From: Lophium mytilinum
Lineage: Eukaryota
NCBI GenBank assembly: GCA_010093605.1
Contig: MU004188.1
Location: forward strand, 623,673-687,672
Reading direction: 5' to 3'
Length of the DNA stretch: 64,000 nt
Shown: positions 1 to 10,642 of the stretch, piece by piece
Layout: each line of letters begins with the position of its first letter
Numbering within the stretch: position 1 is the stretch's first letter
Translations under genes and position numbers: made by a program
The notes under the pieces: generated by a model
Seen by the model: only the letters and a program-made list of their open reading frames with translations
The model's database searches: none
What the model was told of the DNA's origin: nothing

Positions 1-121
1 GCCCTGCACGGCTCTTCCGGGGTCCATTGCTGCCGTCAAAAGCATCAAGGTCGTTGAAAAGGGCGTTGGAAATATCGTATTCGTTCTCCGAAAGCGCGGG
101 AGAGCTTGCTCGTGGTGCCAT
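1..121 (-). CDS. DBP10: 5' end of ATP-dependent RNA helicase DBP10 (gene runs off the left edge)
   Basis: Minus-strand ATG at 121 reads MAPRASSPALSENEYDISNALFNDLD..., matching from memory the N-terminus (MPxRAASPAxSENEFDI) of filamentous-fungal Dbp10. No helicase core lies inside the window. Confidence 0.7.
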   Translation of the reverse strand, partial: MAPRASSPALSENEYDISNALFNDLDAFDGSNGPRKSRAG

Positions 122-349
122 CGCGGGTTATTGGCGCGCTGCGCGGATTTCTCGTACTGATGCTAAGCGCGAGACATTCGCCGCTGTGATTACACAGAGC
201 TGTCTAGGTGCCCTGTATGTGGTGTCTACGTCGGAAGGTTGGGTGATGTCGCATCAAAAAAGTTCAGATCTCAGGTTTCGAGCCCCACAATTATTTTGCT
301 AGTCTTGGCACGTTCCTGCGGCGGGGGAAAGAACGCCGGGGCCGGACGG

Positions 350-362
350 CGCGTTGAACGCG
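350..362. promoter_or_regulatory. Paired MCB-like (ACGCG) sites upstream of RFA2
   Basis: CGCGTT-G-AACGCG is a perfect inverted repeat 80 bp upstream of the RFA2 ATG. RPA genes are established MBF/MCB targets in ascomycetes. Confidence 0.5.
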
Positions 363-441
363 ACTGCCTTGTGAAATAGACCTCAGACCTCTAGCAAACC
401 GTGTCTATCAACAATCAATCTCTTCCATAGCAATTCTAGCC

Positions 442-1416
442 ATGAGTAAAATCCCTCCGCCTCAAATTCCGCATCTCGCTAACCCAATCCCCAGGTTACG
501 GCAATTACGATTCGTACAACACGACCTCCTACGGCGCCCAAGGCGGGGCGGGCGGTGGTGGTTTCATACCCGGAGATGGCAGTCAGAACAGTCCCAGCGG
601 CAACAAAGTACGATACCTTGCCCTAGACCACAGAGCATAGCTAAATGCGGTTCGCAGGGCTATGGCAAGGATACACTGCGGCCTGTGACCATCAAGCAGC
701 TCATCGACGCGCAGCCCATGCACCAGGAGGGCGAGTTCAAAGTGGACGGCGCAGAGATCACAACGGTAAATCATCTCACCTCCTCGCCCATGCCGCAAGA
801 GAGCTCATAGCCCCAGATCACAGTAGTCGGTCAGATTCGCAACATCTCTATGCAGACGACAAATGTCACGTACAAACTCGACGACGGCACTGGCACAATT
901 GAGGTGAAGAAATGGGTCGATTCCGATGCGGCACAAAACGCATCAGAGACCAAGCTTGCAGATAACATGTACGTTCGGGCATGGGGGAAGCTAAAGTCAT
1001 ACGGCAACAAGCGACATGTCGGCGCAACCGTCATCAGGCCAATCACAGACCACAACGAAATATCGTATCACTTGCTGGAAGCCACGGTTGTCCATCTCGA
1101 GCTGACTCGTGGCCCTCCGGACTCAGCAAGCAAGGGCGCGAATGCCAATGGTGCTCAACAAGCGTACCAGCAATCAGGATATGGGGCTGCGGATGACATG
1201 AGCCATACCAGCGGTATGAGTGCAGTAGCGAAGAAGGTCTACCAGTGCCTCAAGACGACACCTCAAACAAACGAGGGGCTCCACCAACAAGATATCGCCG
1301 CGCGATTGAAGCTCGACATTGCCGAAGTTTCGAAGGCCGGAGACGACCTTCTGCAGCTAGGGGTGATTTACACGACTGTCGACGATGTCACATGGGCTGT
1401 TCTCGAGATGGATTAG
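442..1416 (+). CDS. RFA2: Replication protein A 32 kDa subunit (RPA2), 4 exons, first coding exon only ATGA
   Basis: Spliced product MSYGNYDSYNTTSYGAQGGAGGGGFIPG...DTLRPVTIKQL...YKLDDGTGTIEVKKW...HLLEATVVHL...IYTTVDD has an OB fold plus a C-terminal winged helix. Three GT..AG introns with CTAAY/CTCAT branch sites. Confidence 0.95.
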
Positions 1417-2619
1417 GGCAAATATATTGGCGTACTGGTTTGGGGCTTTTGGGATGCTGACTGGCGCCAGAGTGTAGCGGAATTTTGCACGAGGCCATAG
1501 TTACTCCATTGATTGAGCGTGGAAGCATGAATGTATATGTGCTTAACGACTCGACACTGCGTTTGTAGAGAGAAACAGAACGCATGCTGCTACGATAGCT
1601 GACGCCACAACTGTAAAGACCTTTTGATCGAATTAGCCATGCACATTAAATGATGTGTCTGCAATCTGTTGCTAACCATCTGCGTTTTCCACCCCGATTG
1701 AACCAGCGCGGTCCTTCTACTATATCGCGTTACAGTCCTGATGTAGTTGGCTATTCCAGATATAAGGCAGGCAAGTGCAAGAAGCCAAAAAATGATACCG
1801 AACGGCAGAGCAAGTCGTCTCTCTGTAGCCAGTTAGCGCGATGGCTCATCAGCGTTGGCAAAATGCTCACCTAATTCGCTAGGTTTGGTCTTGAGATGGA
1901 ATGACATAACTATAGCAACCGAAACTATGGCCATATAAATAGCCAACCGCAACCAGGACAAGAACGCTATCGAGTCAGATGATTAGTTAAGTCGTTTCTA
2001 TTGGCGACAAGACTTACTCCTCTCATTGGCAGCGTGATCTCGCGCATCGGAAGCGTTGTTATCAAAAAGGAGTGGACCTAGAAGCGGTCGTTCTTGAAAA
2101 ACACTACGGTCGTAGTCGTTATCTCTGCCCTGGTCTTAGTACTCAAGAAACGCACAATCTGAGGTTTGAAGATCTCTTACTGTTTGACAAAGACTGGGGT
2201 CGAATGCCAGAAATTATACAAGGGATTGTATGGCTCACTCAGCAAGCTCTGTTCGGTATACTCCACCTCGGTCATATTGATTTCGGGAGATCCACGGTGG
2301 GTCTCACCGAGGTGTGTGGTGACTGAAGGTAACGAGAGGCTGTCAATTAGGTGTAGTGTTCTCTGATGAATGGGCCTCTGCTTAAGACCGAGGGTCGAAT
2401 TTTATGCCACGCCCCGCATTGCACAAAATGCACAGACCTCATTGGTGGATCGAACTACATCTGCCCAGGTGACGTCTTCAATCTCTCTCTTCTATCTCAA
2501 CTATATATTTTCATAAAAGGCTGCATTGTTTCATCATATTCTCCGCGATTGTTCCCACTTCTACTGCTCTCTCCTTCTCAGACCCCCATATCTGTCCCGA
2601 CTACGTGCCATCTCTTGCT

Positions 2620-3503
2620 ATGGCGAAAAACGAACTCACTATTTTTGGTGGGAGCAGGTATACTTGTCTATGCTCATTCACTAGCCACGACTGACTCTGG
2701 CAGCTCATGGCATGCCAAAGACTGGACTGCCAGTGATGATCGGGTGAGGGGGGGTAAATCACAGGTGCGACATGCGAACGCAGAAGCCATTGTCTCTTCT
2801 AAACTCATCCTAAATGTAGTCATACCTCGAATGCTCTTCATCGTCTGCCCGTTTCCACGGAGAGCTTGACATCAAGACGCTGGGCGGGGCTGGATTTGCA
2901 AGCCAGCGCACCACTGGAGATGATGCGTTATGGGATCTATCCGATTATGATGGCATCCAGCTGAAAATCGATACTTCCAAAGCCGACAGTACGTCAATCT
3001 CTCTGCAGTTTCTATTGCATCGCTGAGTGTCAATTTTGGGCCTAGGCAAACGCTACACGTTCATCATAAAAGACGAGCTACTCCCAAAGAATACCGAAAA
3101 CGGCAGAGAACAATCCACGATATCCTGGGAATATGATTTCTCGATCGATCCAAAAGATAGCGCAAGCGATCACAACCTACTTCTTTTCATACCCTGGGAC
3201 AGCTTGAAGCCTACTTTTCGAGGAAAGGAGAAAAAAGATGCGCTACCGCTTGACCGCAAAATTATCAAGCGATTTAGTTTTATGATGAGGAGTTTCTTTG
3301 GCGACCAGGAAGGCCACTTCTCGCTCTCAATTCGATCTGTCAAAGCAATAAAATCTCCCGACGTCGAGAAAGGGGCTTACGGCATTGAAGGGCCGGACTC
3401 CAGCCTGCCTGGGCGCCGATATCCATGGCTTCCGATCGTAATCGCCGTTGCGCTTATGCTCCTGGTCATCCCCTCCATGCTGAAGAAGTCAGTCCGCAAT
3501 TAA
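2620..3503 (+). CDS. CIA30 (complex I intermediate-associated protein 30)-family protein with a C-terminal TM helix, 4 exons
   Basis: Exons encode WTASDDRVRGGKSQ, FHGELDIKTLGGAGFASQR, DLSDYDGIQL, IPWDSLKPTFRGKE and MMRSFFGDQEGHFSL, the CIA30 signature blocks. Confidence 0.85.
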
Positions 3504-3848
3504 ATCATCAAGGAAGCTATTTCGATCACCTCCCCTACATTGCCGTGAATCCAATAACACTGCATTCCATATCCTCGGCCACCTCCTTAGAACACCGTTC
3601 ATCTGAGATTTTTCAATCACCTGAACAAGGGGTGGAGCTAGTATACTTATTTCTTGTCTTTATATCGTGACACATTCACACGTGAGTGAATAAAATGGGT
3701 TTGGGTGCTCCTCTATTAAAGGCGGCTCGCCTACGGGTTTCGTCTCCCCACCAACATCGCATCCACCTGTCCACCACAACACCTTCTCATCTTCACACCA
3801 ATCTCAAACGCACCACTCTCAGTACAGCGGACCGACTCCAATCTCAAA

Positions 3849-5321
3849 ATGGTAGATATGGGCCAGATCACACTTGAAGAAGCTTCTATTAGCTTGGCTA
3901 TCCTGCCTGCAGAGCTACTACATTCCGTTTGCGACAACCTCGAAGTGCCCGACATAAAATCACTACGGTTCGTCAACAAAACATTTGGCGAGATCGGATT
4001 CGAACATCTCTTGCCGTCTCTCTCCTTTCACCTGTCCCCTACTAGTTTCGGTCGACTACAAGCCCTCACGGAGCACTCAACTCTCGCCAAATACGTCAAG
4101 CAATTGAATTTCAATGGCGAATGCTGGACCTTCCCTTCAGATCACTGGAGCTCCATATTACCGATGATTCTTGATCCGTTCGCGGCGAAATTGCGCGAAA
4201 TGGTCAATGATGACGGTAGCTTTGTATTTGAAGGCAAATGGGACACAATCGCGCAAATGTATGCCAGCACCGTGGACGACTCGTTCGCGACTCAGTACCG
4301 CAATAAGACACTCAAGTCCGCAGACATGCACGCCTACGTTGAGGCGCATCGAGATCTAGTAGCATGGCAAGGAAGGATGTGGGCCGACGAGCTGGATGTC
4401 ACCACTATTGCACGTAGTATCCAAGCCATGCCGGCCCTCATAGCCATCAAGCTGTCACCATCAATTTCAGAACGTCAAGCACTATATTTAGGTGCAGACA
4501 AGCGCCTCAGCAGCATGCCGGGAACGCCGGCTGGGGTGCGACAACTCAACGCTTTGTTACTAGGGTGTTTTCATGCTGGGACCCGACTCAAATCTCTCGA
4601 AGTCCTGGCAGTTAGCTGGCGCCTGTTTGCACAAGAGGAGACGCTCTTGAAGAAGTTGACGAGTCCCCTGTCGAAGTTGACGACCCTGAAGTTGTGCCTA
4701 ACCACGACTCCTTTACAAGAGACCTTAGATTTCCGTTCACTCGATTCTTTAGCAGAAGCGGCCGAATGTCGAAACTTTCTGCACAAGGGTTCGTTGCGCC
4801 TCTTTCTCTGCAACATGCTCAATCTACGAGAATTGCATCTATCGGTCTCGTACGGTTGGGACTACCTTCCATTGTCGCTAGAGCACGCGATTGGCGATAC
4901 ACACTGGCCGAAACTAGAGACATTGACGCTTCGCAACATCGCCACCCGCGAAGATAGCCTCACCGCCTTCCTTCGCAATCACATGTCCACCCTCAAAGAA
5001 CTCGACTTAGGCTCGATGCTGCTCTCCTACGGCACATGGCTATCAGCCTTTGTGGAGATCCGTGAGCTAGTTTCCACTTATGGCCTCAATGACCTTCGTG
5101 TTGGGGGTTGGCGCTTGGAACGCTGGACAGTAAAAGGAGACAACTCTTTCGTTGTTGCGGTGGCTTGCAATGGAGAGTCCTATGACAACTTTGACCCCCG
5201 AGGAGCAGGCGCCGACGAAAACAAACGCCTGCCCCTTCTCGAGGCTTACTTGCGGCACGGCGGTCAGTGTCCAATGAGGTCGGACGTACGAAAGCTAATG
5301 AACATCCACTATCTTCCCTAG
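3849..5321 (+). CDS. F-box protein with a degenerate LRR/RNI-like C-terminus (490 aa, intronless)
   Basis: N-terminal LPAELLHSVCDNLEVPDIKSLRFVNKTF is an F-box pattern. LxxLxL motifs follow (LRELHL, WPKLETLTL, LKELDL). Confidence 0.8.
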   Translation: MVDMGQITLEEASISLAILPAELLHSVCDNLEVPDIKSLRFVNKTFGEIGFEHLLPSLSFHLSPTSFGRLQALTEHSTLAKYVKQLNFNGECWTFPSDHWSSILPMILDPFAAKLREMVNDDGSFVFEGKWDTIAQMYASTVDDSFATQYRNKTLKSADMHAYVEAHRDLVAWQGRMWADELDVTTIARSIQAMPALIAIKLSPSISERQALYLGADKRLSSMPGTPAGVRQLNALLLGCFHAGTRLKSLEVLAVSWRLFAQEETLLKKLTSPLSKLTTLKLCLTTTPLQETLDFRSLDSLAEAAECRNFLHKGSLRLFLCNMLNLRELHLSVSYGWDYLPLSLEHAIGDTHWPKLETLTLRNIATREDSLTAFLRNHMSTLKELDLGSMLLSYGTWLSAFVEIRELVSTYGLNDLRVGGWRLERWTVKGDNSFVVAVACNGESYDNFDPRGAGADENKRLPLLEAYLRHGGQCPMRSDVRKLMNIHYLP

Positions 5322-5802
5322 ACAGGAATCTTTAGAATGACAAATTTTGGGGGGAAATGCGTTCGAGATCCGTTGCGACAGGTTTTACAAGATTGGCGGA
5401 ACAAAGCTTGCAACTTCTACGGAGGTAAGGTGAGAGTAGTATGTCACAGTCTTTCTGCAGCATTGGTAAAATAGTACTGGTGAGACGACAGCTCGAATGC
5501 GTCCACCACCTCGGACTGTAGGTATTTTTCTTTGATGAAAAGGCTACAACAACGTAAGACTCCAGACATATCTCCTGAACTCGATGAATATCCTTAGGCC
5601 TACTAAGATGCTGGTTGTTGGTGAATACCGGAGCAAAAGTGTCTTCACATTTGCATACCAATATCTGGGTGCTTCAGTGTATTGCTCAAAATATGGACGA
5701 GATTAAGAATCTTCAGAACTTGATCCAAGCCATTGCAGGCTCCGAATTGAAGAATCTCTTTGTACAACAAGTTTCTGCTTGAGATTGCCACGTCCACCTT
5801 AC

Positions 5803-5951
5803 CTTGCTTCATCCACCCACGTGTAGATTTGCGACATTTCCTTATTCAACTCTCCCTAGATGTTGACCTCCATCCTCTTTACAATTGTGTTGAACCTACT
5901 GAGGGCCGCTTTCAGCATGGACCTGAGGACGATCTCGATATCACTTCGCTC
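5803..5951 (-). pseudogene. Probable relic exon with an internal stop, lying between the two F-box paralogs
   Basis: The segment has CTGAC..CAG upstream and GTAAGG downstream. It reads ERSDIEIVLRSMLKAALSRFNTIVKRMEVNI*GELNKEMSQIYTWVDEA with TAG at 5858-5856. Confidence 0.3.
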
Positions 5952-6360
5952 TGGCCTGTCAGTAAGAAGTACGCCAAATTCGGGCTGTGTCACTTTCTCC
6001 CGACACTGTTCTCTTCTATCTGCTGCTTTTGGCCACTGCTTGTGCTACCAAATCGGCGTTATGGACGACGTTAAACTCACTTAACTACCTCAAACAACGA
6101 GGTAGAGCCACACACCAAACAGTATCCTGGAGCTCACTGCTTCGATCTTTCATGCACCAAAGACCTGTTATGAATGTGGATGAAGCGCAACAGGTGAATT
6201 CACTCGCAGTCGCCTCGTGACGCATAAAGCCGGGGTCAGTTTATCAACGCCTCTCTATTTAAACTTCCCCTCGTCCACTGACTTGCTCCTCCACAAGCTG
6301 CTCCACTTCACCACCACCGCCCCCACCTCTCCGCCCACCACACCCCCATCGCTAGACAAA

Positions 6361-7854
6361 ATGTGCTCTCCTATGGACATCGACGAGCCTCCTACCGGCG
6401 TGAAAGACGTTCCCGCCGAACTGCTACACATGATATGCGGGTATCTGGAGCCAGTTGACGTCAAATCTTTCCGGCTTGTCAGCAAAACCTTTGCCGAGAT
6501 CGGCGCAAAGGGCTACCTTCTACCATCAATCTCCGTCAGTCTTTCACCAGAGAGCTTCCAGCGGATCGAAGCTATTGCGGAGCGTCCTGACATCTCTCGA
6601 TATACCAAAGAACTGGTGCTCCATGGTCAGAACTACACCTTCCCTTCCTTGCATTGGCAATTTACTCAGTATTTTCTCTGCAAGGTCATGGTCGATTTGG
6701 TCGAGGAAGGTGACCAGGAGTTCTTGTATAGGAATAGATATGCTATCGGGCATATTCTTTACAAGCATATCGAAAAAGCACCATTGGACATCCTCTGGGA
6801 GCGCCCATACATCGGTAGCGTCTTCACCACGAAGTATTTTCGCCCCCTTATCAAGCAGCACGAAGAAGCAGTCATCTGGCAGCTAAAAATGTGGAGCGAG
6901 GAACTCGACCTCGCTATCATTTCCAAGGTTATCAAGGCAATGCCATTGTTGAGAAGCATCACCCTAGCCGCTGATATATCCGAGAAAGACGAGTCCTGGT
7001 GGGCCGGGTTAGGGTACGCGGGAACCGGGTACGGGGGAATGAAAACGCTCAACTCGCCTGGACTAGCAGCAGGAGTGCGGCAGCTCGGGACGCTGCTACT
7101 CGCATGTCGAGACGCTGGTACGAAACTCACCTCCATGGACCTGCATTGCTTGAGCTGGCGATTCTTCGAACATCTCCATCAGAATGACGGCCTGCAGTTG
7201 TTCCGATCGGCTACATGCTTTCTGACAAGGTTCAGCCTCGATATAGCTACGATCACGATGCAGGATGAAGATGACGCTGACGACGAAGCGGCAGAGTGCC
7301 GACTATTTCTCAGAGGAGACGTTCTGGGCCAAATACTCCGCGACATGACCAACCTTCAACATTTACAGCTGTCGGCAGATTCAACGGTGAGATGTCACCG
7401 CCACGACAATCTGTGGATAACGCTGGGGAGCACGATTCGCGGGCATGTTTGGCCGCATCTTACATCCCTCACTCTGAAACAAATGGCTACTTCAGAAGAA
7501 ACTCTTCTGACATTCGTAGGCGACCACATGCCCACACTCAAACAGCTTCACTTAGGCTCGCTCCTGCTTTCGACTGGGAACTGGATATCTGCTTTCGAAA
7601 AAATCCGAGAGCTGATTGTGCGGCACGGCCTTGAGTCTCTCGCTATCAGTGGCTGCCACTACGAGCGAGAACCTCATGGGCACCCTTCGTACATATTCGC
7701 GTCAAGGTTTCAAAATACTGCAGAACAGCTTTGCGGTACCGATTGTATCCCGTATGGGTACAACGGGACGCTGGAATGCTATCTGATGTATGGTGGCCCA
7801 TGCCCATACGTTTGGCCATATTTTGCGTTCGCAACCTTTGACGGAGACTTTTAG
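6361..7854 (+). CDS. F-box/LRR-like protein, tandem paralog of 3849..5321
   Basis: VPAELLHMICGYLEPVDVKSFRLVSKTFAEIG F-box. It shares the blocks LLPS.S..LSP.SF.R, AGVRQL..LLL.C..AGT.L.S, AAECR.FL, WP.L..LTL, HM.TLK.L.LGS.LLS.G.W.SAF..IREL and LE.YL..GG.CP with the upstream gene. First ATG is at 6361. Confidence 0.8.
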   Translation: MCSPMDIDEPPTGVKDVPAELLHMICGYLEPVDVKSFRLVSKTFAEIGAKGYLLPSISVSLSPESFQRIEAIAERPDISRYTKELVLHGQNYTFPSLHWQFTQYFLCKVMVDLVEEGDQEFLYRNRYAIGHILYKHIEKAPLDILWERPYIGSVFTTKYFRPLIKQHEEAVIWQLKMWSEELDLAIISKVIKAMPLLRSITLAADISEKDESWWAGLGYAGTGYGGMKTLNSPGLAAGVRQLGTLLLACRDAGTKLTSMDLHCLSWRFFEHLHQNDGLQLFRSATCFLTRFSLDIATITMQDEDDADDEAAECRLFLRGDVLGQILRDMTNLQHLQLSADSTVRCHRHDNLWITLGSTIRGHVWPHLTSLTLKQMATSEETLLTFVGDHMPTLKQLHLGSLLLSTGNWISAFEKIRELIVRHGLESLAISGCHYEREPHGHPSYIFASRFQNTAEQLCGTDCIPYGYNGTLECYLMYGGPCPYVWPYFAFATFDGDF

Positions 7855-8178
7855 GCATGGGCAGAGAGTAATCGGCGGGCTGGCATGGCATCGCGACATG
7901 GTAGGTAAACCAAACCGGAGGCCAAAAGGAACTGGGTGGTGGCTCTTCTTACAATCTCAGCCTTACAGCTATCTGGGGCTTATGTAATCGGCGATAAGAC
8001 TAGCGCCTTGGCGATATTCCAATATTGTTCGACGCGACGAGCTTCTTCCTCCCTCCCTCGCTGTCACCGCCACGACAAGTCGTCACCGTCACCGCCGTCT
8101 AACCTCACGCCGCCGGAGCCATCCGAAAGCACACGTTTCTAACTGTTTTTCTTAGTCTAGGTGCTCGATCCTGCCCCA

Positions 8179-9275
8179 ATGGCACGCCCAACTCCCGTGT
8201 GGTCGCTGTCAAGCGCCACGTTCTCTCCGCATTTCGCGAAGCTCAAGACCACTACCTACAGCGACACGGCCCGTCCTACAGCCCTGCACCACATCAAAAC
8301 TCTAAGCTGGAGTGCTACCGGCAAATACATTGCCACTGGTGCCGGAGACCGAACAGTACGAGTCTGGGACCCCGAGCATCCCAAGACCCGAGACTCCACC
8401 GAGCTGAAAGGTCACCAAGGTGCAGTCGAGTGCGTCTCCTTCAATCCGGCCGTTGAGACGGAACTGGCAACCTGCAGCACCGACGGAATGGTCCGACTTT
8501 GGGACACCAGGAAGCCGACTCTTGTCAGCGAGTTGAAGGTCCGTGGAGACCCGTTCACGCTGGCTTGGAAGCCGGATGGGGGAGAACTAATCGCTGGCAC
8601 AAAGGTGCGCCACGGCCGTCTCGCTGACACTCCTGAAGATTCTTTCATTTGGGTATCTGTATCTTGCAACATTGGTTGGATGGCATTCTGTGAGACTTTG
8701 GCTAACAAGCACCGCAGCAAGATCACCTTACAGTCATATCGCGAAGCTCAACAAGCCCCACACAGCTGAACCTTAATTCCACTCACAAGCAAGACGTACA
8801 ATCGAACCAGACCGTCTTTGGCTGGGCTGGGGAACACATCTTCGTCACGACGGGCGATGGCCGCGTCAAAATCGTACGATATCCTTCATTCCAGTCGTTG
8901 CACGACCTGAACGCACATACTTCGTCTTGCTACACGCTGGCCTTGTCGCCAACCGGCAAATATCTCGCAGTGGGAGGGGGTGATGCCCTGATCTCTCTCT
9001 GGGACACCGAGGACTGGATTTGCATGCGAACCTTTGCAGACATGTCCGGACCAGTTCGTAGTGTGGACTTCTCGTTCGACGGGAGCTTCGTGGTCGGCGG
9101 TTCAGATGAAGGCAATCGGCTTTCCATCGCTCATACCGAGACCGGCGAGTATGTGCACCATATCGATCTCACGCATGCAGCGCCGTGTGTCCAGTGGCAC
9201 CCGAACCGCTATGCCTTGGCTTACTCTGCGGATAACCAGGGACTCAAGATCATTGGCGGAATGACGCAGAACTAA
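8179..9275 (+). CDS. TEX1: WD40 protein, THO/TREX complex subunit 3
   Basis: WD40 repeats (YIATGAGDRTVRVWD, LATCSTDGMVRLWD, LAVGGGDALISLWDTEDWIC, VQWHPNRYALAYS). One intron runs from 8605 to ~8717. Confidence 0.85.
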
Positions 9276-9410
9276 TCGGCGAGCTAAATTCTGGGAGGAG
9301 TCTGGGTTGTTCTGGCATCTGGTCATGGTGTTCGGGGGTGATTCACAGAAGGATTCATGGTTTATGTACAATGATATACCTTCATTCACAATTTCTCTTG
9401 ATGATGTGAT

Positions 9411-9998
9411 GTGTAAAGGGACAGTTTGACACCGTTTGAGGTGGCCCGCAAAGCATTTCGATTTGTTGAAACTTTCCTTTTCCAAACTCTTTTGATGTAT
9501 TAGAGGACCCTAGGCGGTGCTAGACTAGTGTGCGCAAACGCTCGAACTTCCTGAATCCACTGTGTAAAGGGACAGTCTGACACCGTTTGAGGTGGCCCGC
9601 AAGGCTTTTGATCTTGCTAAAACTGTCCTTTTCCAACCTCCTACAACGTATTACAGGACCCCAGGCGGTGCTAGACTAGTGTACGCACACGCTCGGACTT
9701 TCTATTGAACACACTGTCGTAAGTGTGTAAAAGGACAGTCTGACACTGTTTGAGGTGGCCCGCAAGGATGATAGCCTTCTTGAAACTGACCTTTTCCGAT
9801 CTCTTATGATGCATTACAGGACCCCAGGCGGTGCCAGACTAGTGTACGCACATACTCGATCTTTCTAAACACACTGTGTATGTGGATAGTCTGACGCTGT
9901 TTGGGGCGGCCCGCAATGCTTTTAAATTTGTTGAAACTGCTCTTTTCCGACCTCTCATGTTGTATTACAGAACCCCAGGCGGTGCTGGACTAGTGTAC
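9411..9998. repeat. Tandem repeat array A: 4 units of ~151-163 bp
   Basis: Units start GTGTAAAGGGACAG at ~9411, 9562, 9725 and 9876. Each has TGAGGTGGCCCGCAA and ends CCCCAGGCGGTGCTAGACTAGTGT, with substitutions. Confidence 0.95.
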
Positions 9999-10066
9999 GA
10001 AAGACCTAGGGGCATGTGTTGCTTAAGCAACTCTTATCACTCGAAGCTTCCTATGAGTTGTATAGT

Positions 10067-10494
10067 ATTGGGCCATAAGTTTGGGCACCCGGATACCACT
10101 GCTTGAGTGCCGCTTTTGCAACCTAGACGCCACTGTCAGGGGGCGCCCCGTTGCGAGGACACCTCTTGGTCAAGAGGAGGCCTGAATCACACAGTCCAAA
10201 GCTTGACATGACGCCTATGTCGTGGTCTCTCCACGGGGGCACTCCTGGCAGTAGCAAACAAGTGCCTAAATTCATGGCTAATAGATGTAATACAATACTA
10301 GGCCATATTTTAGGCACGCAGATATCACTGCTTGAGTGCCGCTTTTGCAACCTAGACGTCACTGTCGGGGGCGGCCCCGTTGCGAGGACACCTCTTGGTC
10401 AAGAGGAAGCTTAGATCACGCTGTCCAAACCTTGACATAACGCCTACGTCGTAGTCTCCCCACGGGGACACACCTGGCAGTGGCAACCGAGTGT
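10067..10494. repeat. Tandem repeat array B: 2 units with a 229 bp period
   Basis: CACTGCTTGAGTGCCGCTTTTGCAACCTAGACG occurs at 10097 and 10326. CCCCGTTGCGAGGACACCTCTTGGTCAAGAGGA occurs in both units. Confidence 0.95.
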
Positions 10495-10642
10495 GCACAG
10501 AGTTCTAGCTTGTCACTGTATTCTGATCGACATCGTAGGCCAAATGCGCCGGGCCAAGGGATATATAAACGCCCTTAAGACATCCAACTCAGAAGTGAAG
10601 ATCATGTAGCCAACCCTGTAGTAATCAATCCAACCGCCCATC

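Noticed and set aside
1900..2400. Short ORFs between RFA2 and the CIA30 gene
   Set aside because: No recognisable motif, convincing start or splice structure.
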